A stretch of DNA of 55,789 nucleotides, counting the filler, from Bipalium vagum (Eukaryota): the NCBI GenBank assembly GCA_037834085.1. It is 3 parts of 3 records of this genome, joined end to end, with 100 filler letters (N's around TTAATTAATTAA, not from the genome) between each part and the next. Parts side by side here need not be neighbours in the genome. Positions count along the whole stretch, not along the records: positions 38,967 to 55,789 come from JBBMKC010092151.1; 2 more parts are not named here. One strand, given 5' to 3'. Shown here in pieces: positions 53,380 through 55,789 of this stretch. Numbering within the stretch: position 1 is the first letter of the stretch; each line of letters begins with the position of its first letter. The position numbers were made by a program, and so were the translations under genes. Below the pieces are notes generated by a model. The model was not told the DNA's origin. It did no database searches and saw nothing but the letters and a program-made list of their open reading frames with translations.

Positions 53380-54089
53380 TTAATTAATTAATTATTATTA
53401 TTATTATTTTATTCAAAAATTATATTAAAACAATTTATTTTTCATTATTATATAAGGAAATTTCCCAATACACTTATAATATAATAATATTCTGTATTAT
53501 ATAAGTATAATAATTAAAATTAAGATAAGCTTGTATATTACGGAAATATCTGTCAAAAGTGAATTAAGGTTAATTAATAAATTTTTTTTCTTCATAAAAA
53601 ATATTTTTTAATAGGTTTATAAATTTGTAAATAAAATTTTTTAAGATAATCAAGGATGAAAAATTGCTAAAATTTAATTTCTTACAAATACTAACTTTCC
53701 TGGTAAATTCAAATAAATTATTAAAATATAAAATTATTATTATTATTAGTGTTGTAAAAACTATTCTGGAAGACCAGGTATGTATAATTATTTACAATAT
53801 GAATAAGATGATTTGTATGATAAAGACTATAATATACATGGTGCGTAAGGTATTTGAGGACAAAAGTTTAATGTTAATGTTTTATATGATTTCTTAAATA
53901 TATCCATATGAAATTTGTTTTACTAAATTTATAAAATAAATAATAATGGCGATTAACCAAATCATTTAAGAAAATGAAGCAATATACTGTTATAGTGGCT
54001 TTGAAAACTGATCATCCGATTTAGAAATCGGTGGCTTTTTAAAAATCGCATATAAAGTACACCAAAAGTTTTAATCCGATAATGGAACA

Positions 54090-54330
54090 GGATCAAAAAC
54101 AGCAAAGCATGAGGAAAATTCCAAACGTTATGACATATTGAGAACATATGATTTTGTAAAAGAAATTAAGGAGACTGCGGATTGCAATCCCAGAAAATTT
54201 ATGAGGTCCCTTTCAAATAATTTCAAGATCTCAGAGGAAACAATCAGAAATATTGTCCATGAAATCATGTGATACAAATCGTTTGTGTTGAGGAAAAAAC
54301 AATTTCTCCCAAAAAATTAAAGAAAATCGT
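54090..54330 (+). mobile_element. maT/DD37D-like transposase HTH fragment
   Basis: FVKEIKETADCNPRKFMRSLSNNFKISEETIRNIVHEIM*YKSF...QFL. Confidence 0.6.
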
Positions 54331-55706
54331 ATATTCTTTTAATATTATAACAATCTTACAAATTTTGAAAAAAAATGATAGAACAGAAATTTTATAAAAG
54401 AAAGTACTTTATTCTATTTAAAATAACTTTACTTGGTAAGGCTAAAAGTACTTAAACTCTACCAGATATATATTAAAGATACTTAAATAAAATTCTGGAT
54501 GATTACGTTTCACAAAGGAAGAAATATTAACAATGGTTTTGCATTACATATATAATACAGAGCGACAAACCAAATCGTTCTGTCAAAGAAGCACAAGTAA
54601 CTGAGATAAGATGCCATTATCGGTGGGTTTTCAAGTAATCACCCCTACGGGAATACAATATTTACAGTGAAAACCATTTACGTTAGACTGGCATATATAA
54701 ATGACGTAAATGTCAAAAAAATACTCAATATTTGCGTCAGAGAAGACAATGTTATAATCTTTATGTAATGAAGTGATTAATGATATTTCCAAATGATCCT
54801 CTATTCACCAATGTAATAATTGATAAATTCGATTTAAAAGATTTTGTACAAATGCTGCAGAAATACACTGCATCAACTATTTTGGGATTTTAACAAGATG
54901 GGCTTTTAGTATTTATCAAATTTTGTTATAATCTGACTCCTGTTTGTGAAGATAGTGTACCAATCACAAATTGATAACTATATTAAAACAAATAACTCAA
55001 ATTTCTTTTAAAAACTTTTATTTTTTATTACAATATACAAAAGAAATGACAAATAATACACTTTTATCGATCGAAATGACAATATTAAGATAAGAAGTCA
55101 ATCTACACTAGGAAGAGTGTAGACGCCCTGAAGTGAAAATATCGAATCTAACAACTAATTTGTTAGATCGTAAATGACAGAATAATCACAAAAAAGAAAT
55201 CTGGAAATTTAAATTGAATAAAGACAGAAACGTGAAATTATAGTCGTGTTCTGTAATGTTAATTAATTACTTTCGTGAATTTAATAATTCACTTACGCTG
55301 AATTTTTATCTTATGGAGAATTGTAATAAACTCGGTAATTTTATTATTTTTGTAAGTTCTAATAAACTCAATAACTTTTCATAAAATTTTTACTATTTAG
55401 TTATAATAAACTAAAATAATAATAATATAATAAATTTGGAGTTTTTGTAAAGGGCGAAATTGTGATATTTGCAGCTCTATATATACTATATTTTTAGCTA
55501 AATTATTTTTTACGTCATTTTTATTTTTATTTCTAACGTAATTTTTTGTATTTGTTTGCCGTCATTATATTACTTTTATCGTTTTTAATTTTAACTAGCG
55601 TCTTTTTCTTTCTTTTTAATTATTATTCTATTCATATATTTAAATTTTATATTTTTTATTTATTGAGTTTTATTTTCTTCCTTTTGATGAATTTATTATT
55701 ATTACT

Positions 55707-55736
55707 ATCATTATTATTATTATTATTATTATTAAA

Positions 55737-55789
<53 letters not shown>
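55707..55789. repeat. (ATT)n microsatellite running off the right edge
   Basis: Near-perfect ATT array with one interruption. Confidence 0.95.

Overview
AT-rich eukaryotic (invertebrate) genomic DNA with short GT-AG introns (mostly 44-76 bp), (AAT)n microsatellites and a heavy load of decayed transposons. The features are compatible with a flatworm/planarian-like genome, but that is inference only. Two identical 100-bp spacers (44N-TTAATTAATTAA-44N) suggest three contigs joined artificially. Host genes: an MFSD8/CLN7-like MFS transporter (minus strand, running off the left edge), a complete 3-exon alpha-tubulin, an 8-exon DDX24/Mak5-like DEAD-box helicase, an intronless divergent rhodopsin-type GPCR, a 3-exon Ig-domain type I membrane protein, and two unassigned terminal exons. 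Mobile DNA: about ten mariner relics, Tc1, rosa/DD41D-like, maT-like and pogo/Tigger relics, plus Ty3/gypsy, Polinton-type integrase and Penelope-like relics. The most interesting object is a TA-flanked, TIR-bounded 1266-bp Tc1-derived element (13389-14654) whose catalytic DDE region is replaced by an open 239-aa ORF containing a divergent Y-box-type cold-shock domain, i.e. an apparent cargo-carrying Tc1 element.
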